Notes under the pieces: generated by a model
The model's input: the letters and a program-made list of their open reading frames with translations, nothing else
Told to the model about the DNA's origin: nothing
Database searches by the model: none
Part shown: piece after piece, positions 1 through 8,919 of the stretch
How positions within the stretch are numbered: position 1 is the first letter of the stretch
Layout: every line of letters starts with the position of its first letter
Source of the DNA: Candidatus Saccharimonadales bacterium
GTDB lineage: Bacteria > Patescibacteriota > Saccharimonadia > Saccharimonadales > SZUA-47
NCBI GenBank assembly: GCA_041737385.1
Contig: JBGSRU010000002.1
Location: 333,437 to 397,436, forward strand
Direction of reading: 5' to 3'
DNA length: 64,000 nucleotides
Translations under genes and position numbers: made by a program

Positions 1-1
1 T

Positions 2-334
2 ATCGTAGTACGTTCAAATGAGTGGGTTGGCATTGATCGAATTGAAGCTTCAAGCATGCCGATATCTGATGAAGATAGACGTGGCTTACAATCTAGACGA
101 GACTTTCTGAGAAGCGAAGCTACAAGGAATCTAGCAATGTTTCTCTTGCTGGATAAGTTAATTGTAGAAAAAGTAATAGATTTTACTCCAAAATTATTCA
201 TAGAGCCAGACAATAGCCCAGGTAGTTTTGGCGATAGAGATGTGATATCAGGCGTTATCGACAAGAAAAAGCACCTTGACCCAGACGCTATACGAACCTT
301 AATAGAGTCATCTACTTCTTTTGTACGTCGATAA
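2..334 (+). CDS. hypothetical protein, 3' part of a gene running off the left edge
   Basis: The frame of ORF 56..334 stays open back to base 2 (…IVVRSNEWVGIDRIEASSM…), so the listed Met is probably internal. No motif recognised. Confidence 0.35.
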   Translation: MVVRSNEWVGIDRIEASSMPISDEDRRGLQSRRDFLRSEATRNLAMFLLLDKLIVEKVIDFTPKLFIEPDNSPGSFGDRDVISGVIDKKKHLDPDAIRTLIESSTSFVRR

Positions 335-803
335 TTTATTTAATCCAGAAAACATGTCACAGGGTACTAGAGGTCCGTCCTCTATAGGTGTTACTTCGTG
401 TCACTTTATATTTCAGGCTAAACCCTATAACAGGAGATCGTTTTCTGAATAATGGTTATTAACTTCGTTGCTGATTGCAGCCAAACCAGCATAAAGACTA
501 AATACCGATGAAAAATAAGCTACTGTTATAGAATCAATTCTGAGGACTAGTCAAAAATACTTAAATTCAGGAACCATTTTTGACTGCTTAAGCATTCCGA
601 GTTCGTGTTGCTTTTTCTAAGCAAGCAAGCTTGTATTGATTGTTAGAAAAATGCTGCCTGTCAAGAACTGTGACAGAAGTTTATTTTCAATAGTGCTATT
701 TAGCCCCGCTGCGATTCTTTTGGTACTTTACTGTTCGCTTGAGAAAAGTACAAAAACAGGTCAGTTTCCTGACCGCATCCTAAAAATATGCTTAACTATA
801 CAC

Positions 804-1388
804 ATGGCGAAGACAAAAAGAGGACAAGACACATCTCCAATAGTTCCACAGCTAAGCTTTTATATAGATAAGAAAAATACCGTGACTGAATACATCCCAA
901 AAGATGCAGGCAAATTCTATGACTGGTATCGATATAATCTTCGCAGCGTCCAAAATAAGCTCAACATGCCGCATTACTACTGGCACTATCGGCATCTGCA
1001 GTCACCAGAACTCATGAAAATTGCGGACCTGCAGTTCATGATCCATGTATATAGCGACCATGAAGGGCTGCCGGAGGATAAGTGGGAGAGGCATCATTAT
1101 CGCAACGCCTACAGTCTATATAGTACTGAATTCGAAAATTTAATTGTACCGAAGCTCCTCGAAGAAAAGGAGAACAGGGCAATTATTCACCCTTATGCAG
1201 TAGCCTACTACAAACGCTGGCTCAAGAAACCCAATCCGCACATAAAGCAGTTCTACCACGGCGTGAGTTCGTATGACAGAATTGAGCTACTGCTCAGTAT
1301 CCGTGACGTGGAAGTCGAATCATCAAAAAGATACAAATGGCGTAAAAAGTATCACAACCAAAAAGTCAAAAAGTCTAAAGATGCTTAA
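804..1388 (+). CDS. hypothetical protein (W/Y/H-rich, Lys-rich C-terminus)
   Basis: ORF 636..1388. The start is moved to ATG 804 (MAKTKRG…) because TGCTTAACT (789-797) lies 6 nt upstream, matching the window's leaderless promoter pattern. No family recognised. Confidence 0.45.
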   Translation: MAKTKRGQDTSPIVPQLSFYIDKKNTVTEYIPKDAGKFYDWYRYNLRSVQNKLNMPHYYWHYRHLQSPELMKIADLQFMIHVYSDHEGLPEDKWERHHYRNAYSLYSTEFENLIVPKLLEEKENRAIIHPYAVAYYKRWLKKPNPHIKQFYHGVSSYDRIELLLSIRDVEVESSKRYKWRKKYHNQKVKKSKDA

Positions 1389-1737
1389 AGACTCCTTTCT
1401 TAGCTGTAGCCAAACCCGCATAAACAAACGTTCAATAGCAAATTATGTATTTGCACAGCTTCCCAGGGTCCGGGACATAAAGAATGTCAAACCGATGATG
1501 TTTGTTGTTGAAAATGACAATTCTTGTCGGACGTTGTAGTTTGAGGAGGAAGTGTAACGCCTAAATAGTCCGCATTGTAATTTCAACAATTCAAACTCAT
1601 AGCGCATTGATCATTTCCGTCCCGGCGATTTGCTTACTTTAGCGTATAAAATAAGGCGACAGTGTGGTGCGAAAGCCACAATATAATATTAGAAACCTCT
1701 TGTGTTTATAGAATAACTTTTTGGTATTATCATTGTT

Positions 1738-2151
1738 ATGCGCGATATTTTTGAAGTTTTTCCTGATGAAAGTGATGAGTTTGATGGAATCGACTTACTA
1801 TTTGGTTTCAATGGCGATGCTAGCCGAAAAAGCTTAGCCTTTTTTCAAGACTTAGCGCGCCAGCAAGGTGTAAATACTCAACAAAACTTTGCTAGATTTG
1901 CAAGTGGTCTAATATGGCCGCATAGCGTAAATAACTACGGTGAGAGCCTTGTTATGAAACTACACAGAATGTTACCAAACCGCAATGGTGATGCGTGGGC
2001 TTTGGCTAAAATAGAAATTAACGCCTGTATTGATTATCTTGATGTACTGTCTAAAAACCTTGTCGTTCCAATACCGATACCAATAAAAGACGACTATAGT
2101 GAACAAATTACCTGGGAAATGCGCACGCTAGGTGACAAACATCATAGTTAA
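1738..2151 (+). CDS. hypothetical protein
   Basis: 137-aa ORF. An extended -10 TGGTATTAT (1722-1730) lies 7 nt before the ATG. No motif recognised. Confidence 0.5.
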   Translation: MRDIFEVFPDESDEFDGIDLLFGFNGDASRKSLAFFQDLARQQGVNTQQNFARFASGLIWPHSVNNYGESLVMKLHRMLPNRNGDAWALAKIEINACIDYLDVLSKNLVVPIPIPIKDDYSEQITWEMRTLGDKHHS

Positions 2152-2321
2152 GCAGGCGCATTGATACCTGATCTCGAATTATGTAGAAGATTTTGCGATG
2201 ATCCATCCGCATTTGGAGATTCACTGGGTGCACGGCTTGAACTTCATGACGTTACGCAAACCAACAAATCCGGCTAATTCTAGCCAAGAATGTCAGCAAT
2301 ACATCAGGTATACTTGAGGGT

Positions 2322-3533
2322 ATGAATGAGATCAAGTGCCCGCACTGCGGGAAGAATTTTAAAGTTGATGAAGCAGGGTTTGCTGATATTTTGAAGCAAG
2401 TTCGTGACGGACAGTTTGAAAGGGAACTGCACGAACGACTGGAACTGGCTGAGAAAGACAAAACAAGCGCCGTGCAGCTTGCACAAGAAAAATCGAAAAA
2501 TGATATGCAAGCTGAATTTGTGAAATTACAACAGCAACTCTCAGAACTAAAAGCGACTAAAGAAAACGAAATAATCAAACTGCAAGCTAAACTTGACGCA
2601 GGCGAGACCGAGAAAAAACTGGCTTTAAGCGAAGCGGTTAATACTCTGGAAAAAGAACGTGACGCGCTCGCAAATAAACTAGAGAGTAAAGACACCGAAA
2701 AGCAACTACTCGAATCGTCGCTCAAGGACAAATACGAAACAGAACTAAAGTCTAAAGAAGAAATGATCGCCTACTACAAAGACATGAAGGCCAAACTCAG
2801 CACCAAAATGGTTGGTGAGAGCTTAGAGCAGCACTGCGAGACAGAGTTCAATAGATTACGTGCAACGGCGTTTCAAAACGCATATTTTGAAAAGGACAAC
2901 GACGCGAGTGCTGGCACCAAAGGCGACTACATCTACCGCGAAGCAGACCATAGCGATACGGAAATAGTATCAATAATGTTTGAAATGAAAAACGAAGACG
3001 ACCAAACAGCAACCAAGAAAAAGAATGAAGATTTCCTCGCCAAACTAGACGACGATCGAAATAAGAAGGGCTGCGAATACGCCGTATTGGTGTCACTACT
3101 AGAGTCCGACAGCGAACTATACAACTCAGGGATTGTTGATATGTCGCACAAGTATCCCAAGATGTACGTCATCAGGCCACAGTTTTTCATACCAATCATT
3201 ACCTTGCTTAGAAACGCTGCGATGAACTCCATGAAATACAAATCAGAGCTTGCAGTCGTTAAAGCGCAGAACATAGACGTCACGAACTTCGAAAAACAAC
3301 TAGACGATTTCCGTGATTCATTCGGACGTAATTACCGCCTCGCATCAGAAAAGTTCAAAACGGCAATAGACAGCATCGATAAATCCATCATCCAACTACA
3401 AAAGACGAAAGAAAACCTACTAAGATCAGAAGACAACCTACGTATAGCAAACAACAAAGCGGACGAACTAAGCATCAAAAAACTCACCCGTGGCAACAAA
3501 ACAATGCAAGACAAGTTCCGCGAAACTAGTTAG
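2322..3533 (+). CDS. DUF2130-like protein (N-terminal Zn-ribbon, long coiled coil, C-terminal nuclease-like core; RmuC-like architecture)
   Basis: Starts MNEIKCPHCGKNF. Contains an E/K/L-rich coiled coil of about 150 aa. The C-terminal block GESLEQHCETEFN…KGDYIYRE…IVSIMFEMKNE…NEDFLAKLDDDRNKKGCEYAVLVS matches DUF2130 proteins as I remember them. Confidence 0.75.
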   Translation: MNEIKCPHCGKNFKVDEAGFADILKQVRDGQFERELHERLELAEKDKTSAVQLAQEKSKNDMQAEFVKLQQQLSELKATKENEIIKLQAKLDAGETEKKLALSEAVNTLEKERDALANKLESKDTEKQLLESSLKDKYETELKSKEEMIAYYKDMKAKLSTKMVGESLEQHCETEFNRLRATAFQNAYFEKDNDASAGTKGDYIYREADHSDTEIVSIMFEMKNEDDQTATKKKNEDFLAKLDDDRNKKGCEYAVLVSLLESDSELYNSGIVDMSHKYPKMYVIRPQFFIPIITLLRNAAMNSMKYKSELAVVKAQNIDVTNFEKQLDDFRDSFGRNYRLASEKFKTAIDSIDKSIIQLQKTKENLLRSEDNLRIANNKADELSIKKLTRGNKTMQDKFRETS

Positions 3534-3569
3534 AAGTTCTGATCTATAAAATGAGTTCAGTTCTTTAGT

Positions 3570-3812
3570 CTAAACTATCTTTCCGTATTCTAGCGTCCAA
3601 CGGCCTTGAACCTGTAGCATTCTCTCATAACTAGGCGGCATGTCATCGGCCACTGCGGTAAAACCAACATGTTCGCACACTTTATCCCACTCTGCTTGAA
3701 CAAAGCCTTCTGCGACTGCTAAGAAATCATGATCTTCTTTTGAGAATCGATACTCTGGCATATCATCTGTACGTATTTCTGTGCCTTCTAAAACTTGAGC
3801 TTGTGATTTCAT
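3570..3812 (-). CDS. hypothetical small acidic protein
   Basis: 80-aa ORF with no motif recognised. Confidence 0.4.
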   Translation of the reverse strand: MKSQAQVLEGTEIRTDDMPEYRFSKEDHDFLAVAEGFVQAEWDKVCEHVGFTAVADDMPPSYERMLQVQGRWTLEYGKIV

Positions 3813-3968
3813 ATGTTTCTTTTTTTGTTTTAATTATTATGTATTAATTAAACTCCTATTTTTAGCAAAAATATGTGATTAATTGCACAAAGTGCCAACA
3901 AAAGTTTTTTTACTAGTTTTTTACTAGTTTATTTTTAAAAGCGATTAACTTTAATTGTTAAACAGTAT

Positions 3969-4649
3969 CTATACTTGCGTTCCGAAGAGAGTACCAACGC
4001 CGTAAGTAAGCGCCATTGCGAGTAAACCACCAATGATAACGCGGGTAATTGCTTTCTTGCGTGATGCACCGCCAGCTGTTGCGCTGAAATAACCGACTAG
4101 AAATAATGCTATCGTAACAGCTACAAAAGTTGACCGTAGTTTCACAGAATCAGGAGCTAGAACAACAACCAAAAAGGGAATAAGCCCGCCTGCAGTAAAG
4201 CCAATCATTGATGATAATCCAGCATCAATTGGGCTATTGATATCGTCTTCTTCCAGATTAAATTCTGCTTGTAAGTGTGCTTTTAAAGGATCTTTTTTGG
4301 TTAGTTCCTGCGCAACTTGCATTGCAGTGTTTTTAGAAATACCTAATTCAGCATAGTGATCAGCTAGTTCTTGTAACTCGCCCTCAGGATCGGTTTTAAG
4401 TTCTCGCTTTTCTTTTGCGATGAAGGCTTTTTCTGCATCAGACTGACTACTAACAGAAACATATTCTCCTACCGCCATGGATAGTGCACCAGCTACGAGT
4501 GCAGCAAGTCCTGCGGTGAATATTGCACCGTGGTCACTAGCAGTCGCTCCAGCAACACCCATAACTACAGCGGCAGTAGATACAATTCCGTCGTTTGCAC
4601 CAAGCACACCCGCGCGTAGACGGTTCAAGTTAGCTTTTGTAAGTTCCAT
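3969..4649 (-). CDS. VIT1/CCC1-family Fe/Mn transporter
   Basis: N-terminal RAGVLGANDGIVSTAAVVMGVAG signature. A central soluble helical insert and a C-terminal TM bundle are typical of the VIT family. Confidence 0.85.
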   Translation of the reverse strand: MELTKANLNRLRAGVLGANDGIVSTAAVVMGVAGATASDHGAIFTAGLAALVAGALSMAVGEYVSVSSQSDAEKAFIAKEKRELKTDPEGELQELADHYAELGISKNTAMQVAQELTKKDPLKAHLQAEFNLEEDDINSPIDAGLSSMIGFTAGGLIPFLVVVLAPDSVKLRSTFVAVTIALFLVGYFSATAGGASRKKAITRVIIGGLLAMALTYGVGTLFGTQV

Positions 4650-4735
4650 TACTTTACAGTATACCTTACTTAGATTTTACGTTTTATTGAACCTAACATT
4701 AACCATGAGCAGTGTGTAGCCGATATACTAGTTAT

Positions 4736-5746
4736 ATGGTTAGGCGCAAAAAATATCATTATAAGAAAGCTAAACATAGCTTCAAGAGTAAACATGTAGT
4801 ATTCATAGCTATAGCTCTACTACTTTTTAGTCCGGCGCTCTTAGGCTTACTGACAAGTAATGATACCCGTGATACTATGACAAATTCTGATTTCTCAAAA
4901 GAGTTGTTGCAACAAGAAAAAGAGTCCACAGCAGTAGACACTGATCCAAGAATAGCCAACAGTGTGCTTCAAAATATAGTTTTGCCAGTAGCCGGTCAGT
5001 CAGCGATGGGAACACTAGAGCTTGGCCCAATCAAAGTCAGCGACAACGAAACTCAAGCTCCTATTGCAAGTATCACCAAAATAATCACCTCACTTGTCAT
5101 CCTAGAAAAGCGGCCAATATCTTTAGGCGAGCAAGGAGACACTATCACACTAACTGCTCAAGACGAGCAATATTATTATGATTATTTGGCGCTTGAAGGC
5201 ACTTTAACACCAGTTACTGCTGGCCTCACTATGTCACAATACGAAGCTTTGCAGGCTATGCTGCTACCGTCTTCAAACAATATGGCCGATACGCTCGTTG
5301 ACCAGTACTTTTCTAGTAAGGAAGAATATCTAACTTTTGCGAACCAATACCTAGATGAAAAAGGCCTTTCAGACACGCAAGTAGCAGACACTACCGGTTT
5401 TTCTCCCGAGAGCAGAAGCACTCCATCTGACTTAATCAAGCTCGGCCAGCTTGCGCTTGAGAATGCGGTTATCAAGCAAATAGTCGCTCAGCCAACTGCA
5501 ATAATTTCTGTCGCAGGTGAGATTCCTAACTACAATCCTCTCATCGAAGATCCTGATATTATAGGAATCAAACCGGGCGCGACAGATGAGGCAGGATATA
5601 CACTGCTTTTTGCCGCTAACCTCCCTAAAAAATCAGGAGAAATCGAAACAGTCATTGCCGTGACACTCGGCCAGCAAGACAGAGCAGAATACGTACAATC
5701 TGCAAGAAGCATGATTGCAGAAGCGCGAATACTTCTATCTAAATAG
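4736..5746 (+). CDS. D-alanyl-D-alanine carboxypeptidase (peptidase S11, PBP5-like), membrane anchored
   Basis: SxxK (ASITK), SxN (SSNN) and KTG-like (KPGAT) motifs occur in the correct order, with an N-terminal TM. The start is moved to ATG 4736, which has TATACT 6 nt upstream. Confidence 0.8.
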   Translation: MVRRKKYHYKKAKHSFKSKHVVFIAIALLLFSPALLGLLTSNDTRDTMTNSDFSKELLQQEKESTAVDTDPRIANSVLQNIVLPVAGQSAMGTLELGPIKVSDNETQAPIASITKIITSLVILEKRPISLGEQGDTITLTAQDEQYYYDYLALEGTLTPVTAGLTMSQYEALQAMLLPSSNNMADTLVDQYFSSKEEYLTFANQYLDEKGLSDTQVADTTGFSPESRSTPSDLIKLGQLALENAVIKQIVAQPTAIISVAGEIPNYNPLIEDPDIIGIKPGATDEAGYTLLFAANLPKKSGEIETVIAVTLGQQDRAEYVQSARSMIAEARILLSK

Positions 5747-5799
5747 TGTTTCTGTCTTATAGTTAAAAAGCTTGTGTTATAGAGCTGTATTTCTACAAG

Positions 5800-6228
5800 C
5801 TATAGCTCATCGCCTTCGAGTGATATATCTTCGTCCTGACCGTGTGTCAGTATTTTATCAACTAGCTTATCGATGTCATCGTCGGATAAGTTTGCTTTGA
5901 CAGTATAGCCTTCGATGCCTAGTTCCCGAAGATCTGGAGAAGCTTCTGATTCATTCAAGTTCGATATCACATACACGCGGATATCTTTGCCCCAGTCGCT
6001 CGCACGCATCCGTCGCAAGACTTCGTCGCCTGCAATAATAGGAATCATCAAATCCAATAACACAAGTGCAGGGGTTTCTCTTTCAATGATTTCAAGTGCT
6101 TGCTGGCCATCAGAAGCAACAAAACAGTTATAACCAATTATTTCTAATCTTGTTTTATATATTTCGGCGAGAGACGGCGTGTCTTCTACGATCACAATTT
6201 TTAAGCGCATGTCTTGTTCTTCATTCAT
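5800..6228 (-). CDS. stand-alone response-regulator receiver domain protein
   Basis: CheY-like pattern: IVIVEDT…, VLLDLMIP (phospho-acceptor Asp), and a conserved Lys region (TVKA). There is no output domain. Confidence 0.8.
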   Translation of the reverse strand: MNEEQDMRLKIVIVEDTPSLAEIYKTRLEIIGYNCFVASDGQQALEIIERETPALVLLDLMIPIIAGDEVLRRMRASDWGKDIRVYVISNLNESEASPDLRELGIEGYTVKANLSDDDIDKLVDKILTHGQDEDISLEGDEL

Positions 6229-6255
6229 AGCATTATCATAGCGTATAGTGTGAGT

Positions 6256-6537
6256 ATGGACAAAAAATTTAAAAACCTAAAAGCTTGGATGTTTGAAGAC
6301 GATAAAGGAAACTTAACACTTGCTCAAAAGCCAAATCTACCAATTGTCATATGGGCAGTAGCTAGACTATTGCAGTTTGTCTTTACAAACGGGACATTCG
6401 CTACATTATTAGAGACGATATCTTTCGGTGCGTTATTTACGTGGGCGTGGCTTGAGTTGTTTAAAGGCGACACACCATTTAGGCGCATAGTAGGCTTCGT
6501 AGTTATTACTGCCACTATATATTCAAAGATACAATAG
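6256..6537 (+). CDS. small membrane protein, hypothetical
   Basis: Part of ORF 6214..6537. ATG 6256 (MDKKFKN…) has TATAGT 6 nt upstream. Two or three hydrophobic helices are visible. Confidence 0.45.
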   Translation: MDKKFKNLKAWMFEDDKGNLTLAQKPNLPIVIWAVARLLQFVFTNGTFATLLETISFGALFTWAWLELFKGDTPFRRIVGFVVITATIYSKIQ

Positions 6538-6554
6538 TATTGTAATAACATTTA

Positions 6555-6563
6555 TGTTATAAT
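6555..6563 (+). promoter_or_regulatory. extended -10 promoter (TGTTATAAT) placed 8 nt before ATG 6572
   Basis: Exact TGnTATAAT. The spacing predicts a leaderless transcript. Confidence 0.55.
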
Positions 6564-6571
6564 AAATATAT

Positions 6572-7081
6572 ATGGTTTCTGATAATTTATGTGAGGACGG
6601 CGCAAACGGTTTAGGCTGTCGTCTTGGTTTCTTGCTTGATAGTGATTTTACGTCACGAAATTCACCTAATAAGGTGAATTTTTCTTCTTTTACTAAAACC
6701 GAAACACTCGCTAAAAGTAGAAACAACGATTCTATTATCCGTGTCTTACAGGGAGAGTGGTCGGAGAGATTTCGCTTTATTACACACAGCATTGGTGGGT
6801 CTACCGTTGGAGTAGCTTTAGAAGAATTCAGGGGCGTCAAAACAGAAAGAGCATTAAGTATATTTACTAACCTTTCAGAAGCTGGTGCGGCATATGTAGA
6901 CATAGCAGCAACTCAACCCTACGCAGATTGCCCAATAGAAGAATACCGACTTCCTATTGATACAACGAAAGAGCTCCTAGAGGCTAGAGCAGTGATATGT
7001 CAGATGACTATTGAACTTGTAAATTCTGTTGACGGACCTTTAGCATTTGAAAGGGCATTACAGACTGCCGAGTGTTCTTAG
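6572..7081 (+). CDS. hypothetical protein (uncertain)
   Basis: 169-aa ORF with a leaderless-type promoter. A 126-aa ORF is open on the opposite strand (6523..6903), and the N-terminal half has odd composition. No motif recognised. Confidence 0.35.
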   Translation: MVSDNLCEDGANGLGCRLGFLLDSDFTSRNSPNKVNFSSFTKTETLAKSRNNDSIIRVLQGEWSERFRFITHSIGGSTVGVALEEFRGVKTERALSIFTNLSEAGAAYVDIAATQPYADCPIEEYRLPIDTTKELLEARAVICQMTIELVNSVDGPLAFERALQTAECS

Positions 7082-7101
7082 ATAAAAGTTTGCTATTATA
7101 G

Positions 7102-7683
7102 ATGTCAATGAGTAATAGCAATAATAACTGGATAGTCCTAGCCGGAGGACCTAACAGCGGCAAAACTACGTTAATTGATGAGCTAAGCAAACGTGGCTAT
7201 AAAGTGAAGCCAGAGCAAGCGATGGTAGTCATTAATGAATATTTAGCGAGTGGCGTAAAGCTGGAAAATGTCCACACAGATCCTGTGCTTGGCGGGCAAT
7301 TCCAGAGAGACATAGCGCTTAAAGAACTTGCTGCAGCAGCAGAATTCTCTCCAGACGAGCTCGTGTTTTTTGATAGATGGGCGCCTGATTATTTTGCTTT
7401 TGCAAAGATTAGAAACCTGAAAAAAGATGAAGAGATAATCAAAAAACTTGCAGACTGCTCATATAAACATATATTTGTACTCGATTTACTCAAAAACGAA
7501 TACGCCGATAATAAAATTGAAGCGCATCTAGCAGATCCTATAGCTGTCGCCATACAGCAAGAAGAGCATTTGATAGACGTCATAAACGATCTACATATGG
7601 AGTTCACACGCGTTCCAGTCATGAGCGTCGACGATAGAATTGAATATATTCTCGAAGCACTAAAAACCGCTGATACAAAATAG
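7102..7683 (+). CDS. P-loop ATPase (AAA_28/NadR-ATPase-like)
   Basis: Walker A GGPNSGKTT lies near the N-terminus, with hydrophobic-D (FVLD) as Walker B. The start could be ATG 7108, which is 8 nt after TGCTATTAT at 7091-7099. Confidence 0.65.
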   Translation: MSMSNSNNNWIVLAGGPNSGKTTLIDELSKRGYKVKPEQAMVVINEYLASGVKLENVHTDPVLGGQFQRDIALKELAAAAEFSPDELVFFDRWAPDYFAFAKIRNLKKDEEIIKKLADCSYKHIFVLDLLKNEYADNKIEAHLADPIAVAIQQEEHLIDVINDLHMEFTRVPVMSVDDRIEYILEALKTADTK

Positions 7684-7697
7684 TACCGGCGGTTTTT
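7662..7697. terminator. hairpin between convergent genes (AAAAACCGC … GCGGTTTTT)
   Basis: Perfect 9-bp inverted repeat at 7662-7670 / 7689-7697 with flanking A/T runs and an 18-nt loop. Confidence 0.45.
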
Positions 7698-7725
7698 ATC
7701 CTACAGTCTTGAGCTAACTATATGG

Positions 7726-8538
7726 TTAGTATATATAAGACCATTGGTTTGCAGGAACAGTACGGTTCGTGATTGCGTACAGTGCTTGATAGTTCATGTC
7801 TGTAATAGTAATAGTCCCATCACCGTTCACAGATTCAACGTAGGCTATGTGATTGCCTCGCTGTGCTGCTGCTCCAACACGCGGTTCTGAGCCGGTTGCT
7901 ATTCCTTGTGCTGCAGCACGTGCAACCCAAGTTCGCGCATTACCGAGATTGTTTGGAAGATCTGGGCGTCTACTTTTAACGTACCACGTACAGTAGCCGG
8001 CGACATAGCCATTACCGCTAGATGCGCCGCGCGCCGCTTGTACGGTTGGTGCTGCTTGTTGCGTAGTTCTTTTACTCGTTTTTGTTGTCTGAGCAGTGGT
8101 TGCTGGAGCAGGGGGTGCTGCTACAGGTTCAGCCGGCAACTCACGCGTCGCTACTACTTCTGCTACAGTCGGGATGACAAGCTCTGTTCCAACTTCAATT
8201 AAGTCTGGATTTTCAATACTAGTGTTTTTATCATATATTTTTTTCCACTCAAGTGAATATTGTTTCGCAATAATACTTAGGTTTTCCGATTCTTGAACCA
8301 TGTGTTTTGTTTCGACTGGTTCGACAGGTGTTTGCTCGACTACAGGCTCTGTTACGGCATCAGTTATTACAACTAGTGCCTTTGTAGACTCGGTAGATAA
8401 CAGTTTAACAACTGTATTGCTCGCTGTTTCTACATTATTTTGATTTGGTTGCTTTTGCTGGGCAATAGCACCAACTGAAGATGTTTGTGCCAAAATTAAG
8501 CCGCACAGTAATACACCCACTGGTAGGGTTAGACGCAT
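7726..8538 (-). CDS. secreted LysM + CHAP peptidoglycan hydrolase
   Basis: Signal peptide MRLTLPVGVLLCGLILAQ. LysM block (HMVQESENLSIIAKQYS…IEVGTELVIP) followed by a P/A/T linker. CHAP Cys (GYCTWYV) and His (GNHIAYVESV) are present. SD AAAGGAG. Confidence 0.85.
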   Translation of the reverse strand: MRLTLPVGVLLCGLILAQTSSVGAIAQQKQPNQNNVETASNTVVKLLSTESTKALVVITDAVTEPVVEQTPVEPVETKHMVQESENLSIIAKQYSLEWKKIYDKNTSIENPDLIEVGTELVIPTVAEVVATRELPAEPVAAPPAPATTAQTTKTSKRTTQQAAPTVQAARGASSGNGYVAGYCTWYVKSRRPDLPNNLGNARTWVARAAAQGIATGSEPRVGAAAQRGNHIAYVESVNGDGTITITDMNYQALYAITNRTVPANQWSYIY

Positions 8539-8919
8539 ATAGTTACTTTCTCCTTTTACTTATTGATGTGACCGTCATGGATTCGCATATCCTTGCTACA
8601 CGGTCTGCTGCACTCGCTAGTCTCCACTCACACGTAAAGATTGCAGTCTCACAATCCTACATAGCACACACTATGTTTGTCAATACATGCAGCCTGCCCG
8701 TGATTATGTAATGTTTTCACCTCTGTTGAAACAACCATAAATGTGATATTTCGCAAAGTAGTTTTTACAACATAATAACTACATATGGTGGTTCTTCATA
8801 TTTTCAAACCCTATAAAACATATGCTTATTGCGCTTATTTTGTAGTAAATAGCACAAAAAGCGAGGCTTACTAGCTTCATGAGTTAAGAAGCGATATACT
8901 ATACTCATTCGGAGGGAAC

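Noticed and set aside
1273-1539. 88-aa ORF overlapping the end of the 804..1388 gene
   Set aside because: It overlaps the better-supported ORF out of frame and continues into a region with no promoter or SD. It is likely spurious.
2252-3514. Several 60-159-aa ORFs antisense to or overlapping the DUF2130 gene (2252..2731, 2304..2510, 2848..3096, 2933..3283, 3332..3514)
   Set aside because: They have Ser/Cys/Phe-rich low-complexity translations, typical of the reverse complement of an E/K/L coiled-coil gene. The plus-strand gene has clear family motifs.
6540-6900. RNase P RNA, tmRNA, SRP RNA or a riboswitch in the region open on both strands
   Set aside because: There is no GGAAAGTCC or ACAGAA…GGCTTA (RNase P), no tRNA-like 3' end or tag ORF (tmRNA), and no GGAAGCAGCC-type SRP motif. 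The region is kept as a low-confidence CDS.
8539-8720. c-di-AMP (ydaO-type) riboswitch upstream of the LysM-CHAP hydrolase
   Set aside because: The gene class and the leader of about 115 nt (putative promoter TTGACA…TGCTATGTA) prompted a check. I could not find the GGGGA.CCA / ACGGGG / CCGAA signature blocks. Only a generic 6-bp stem (GACCGT/ACGGTC) is present. An Infernal scan would be needed to settle this.
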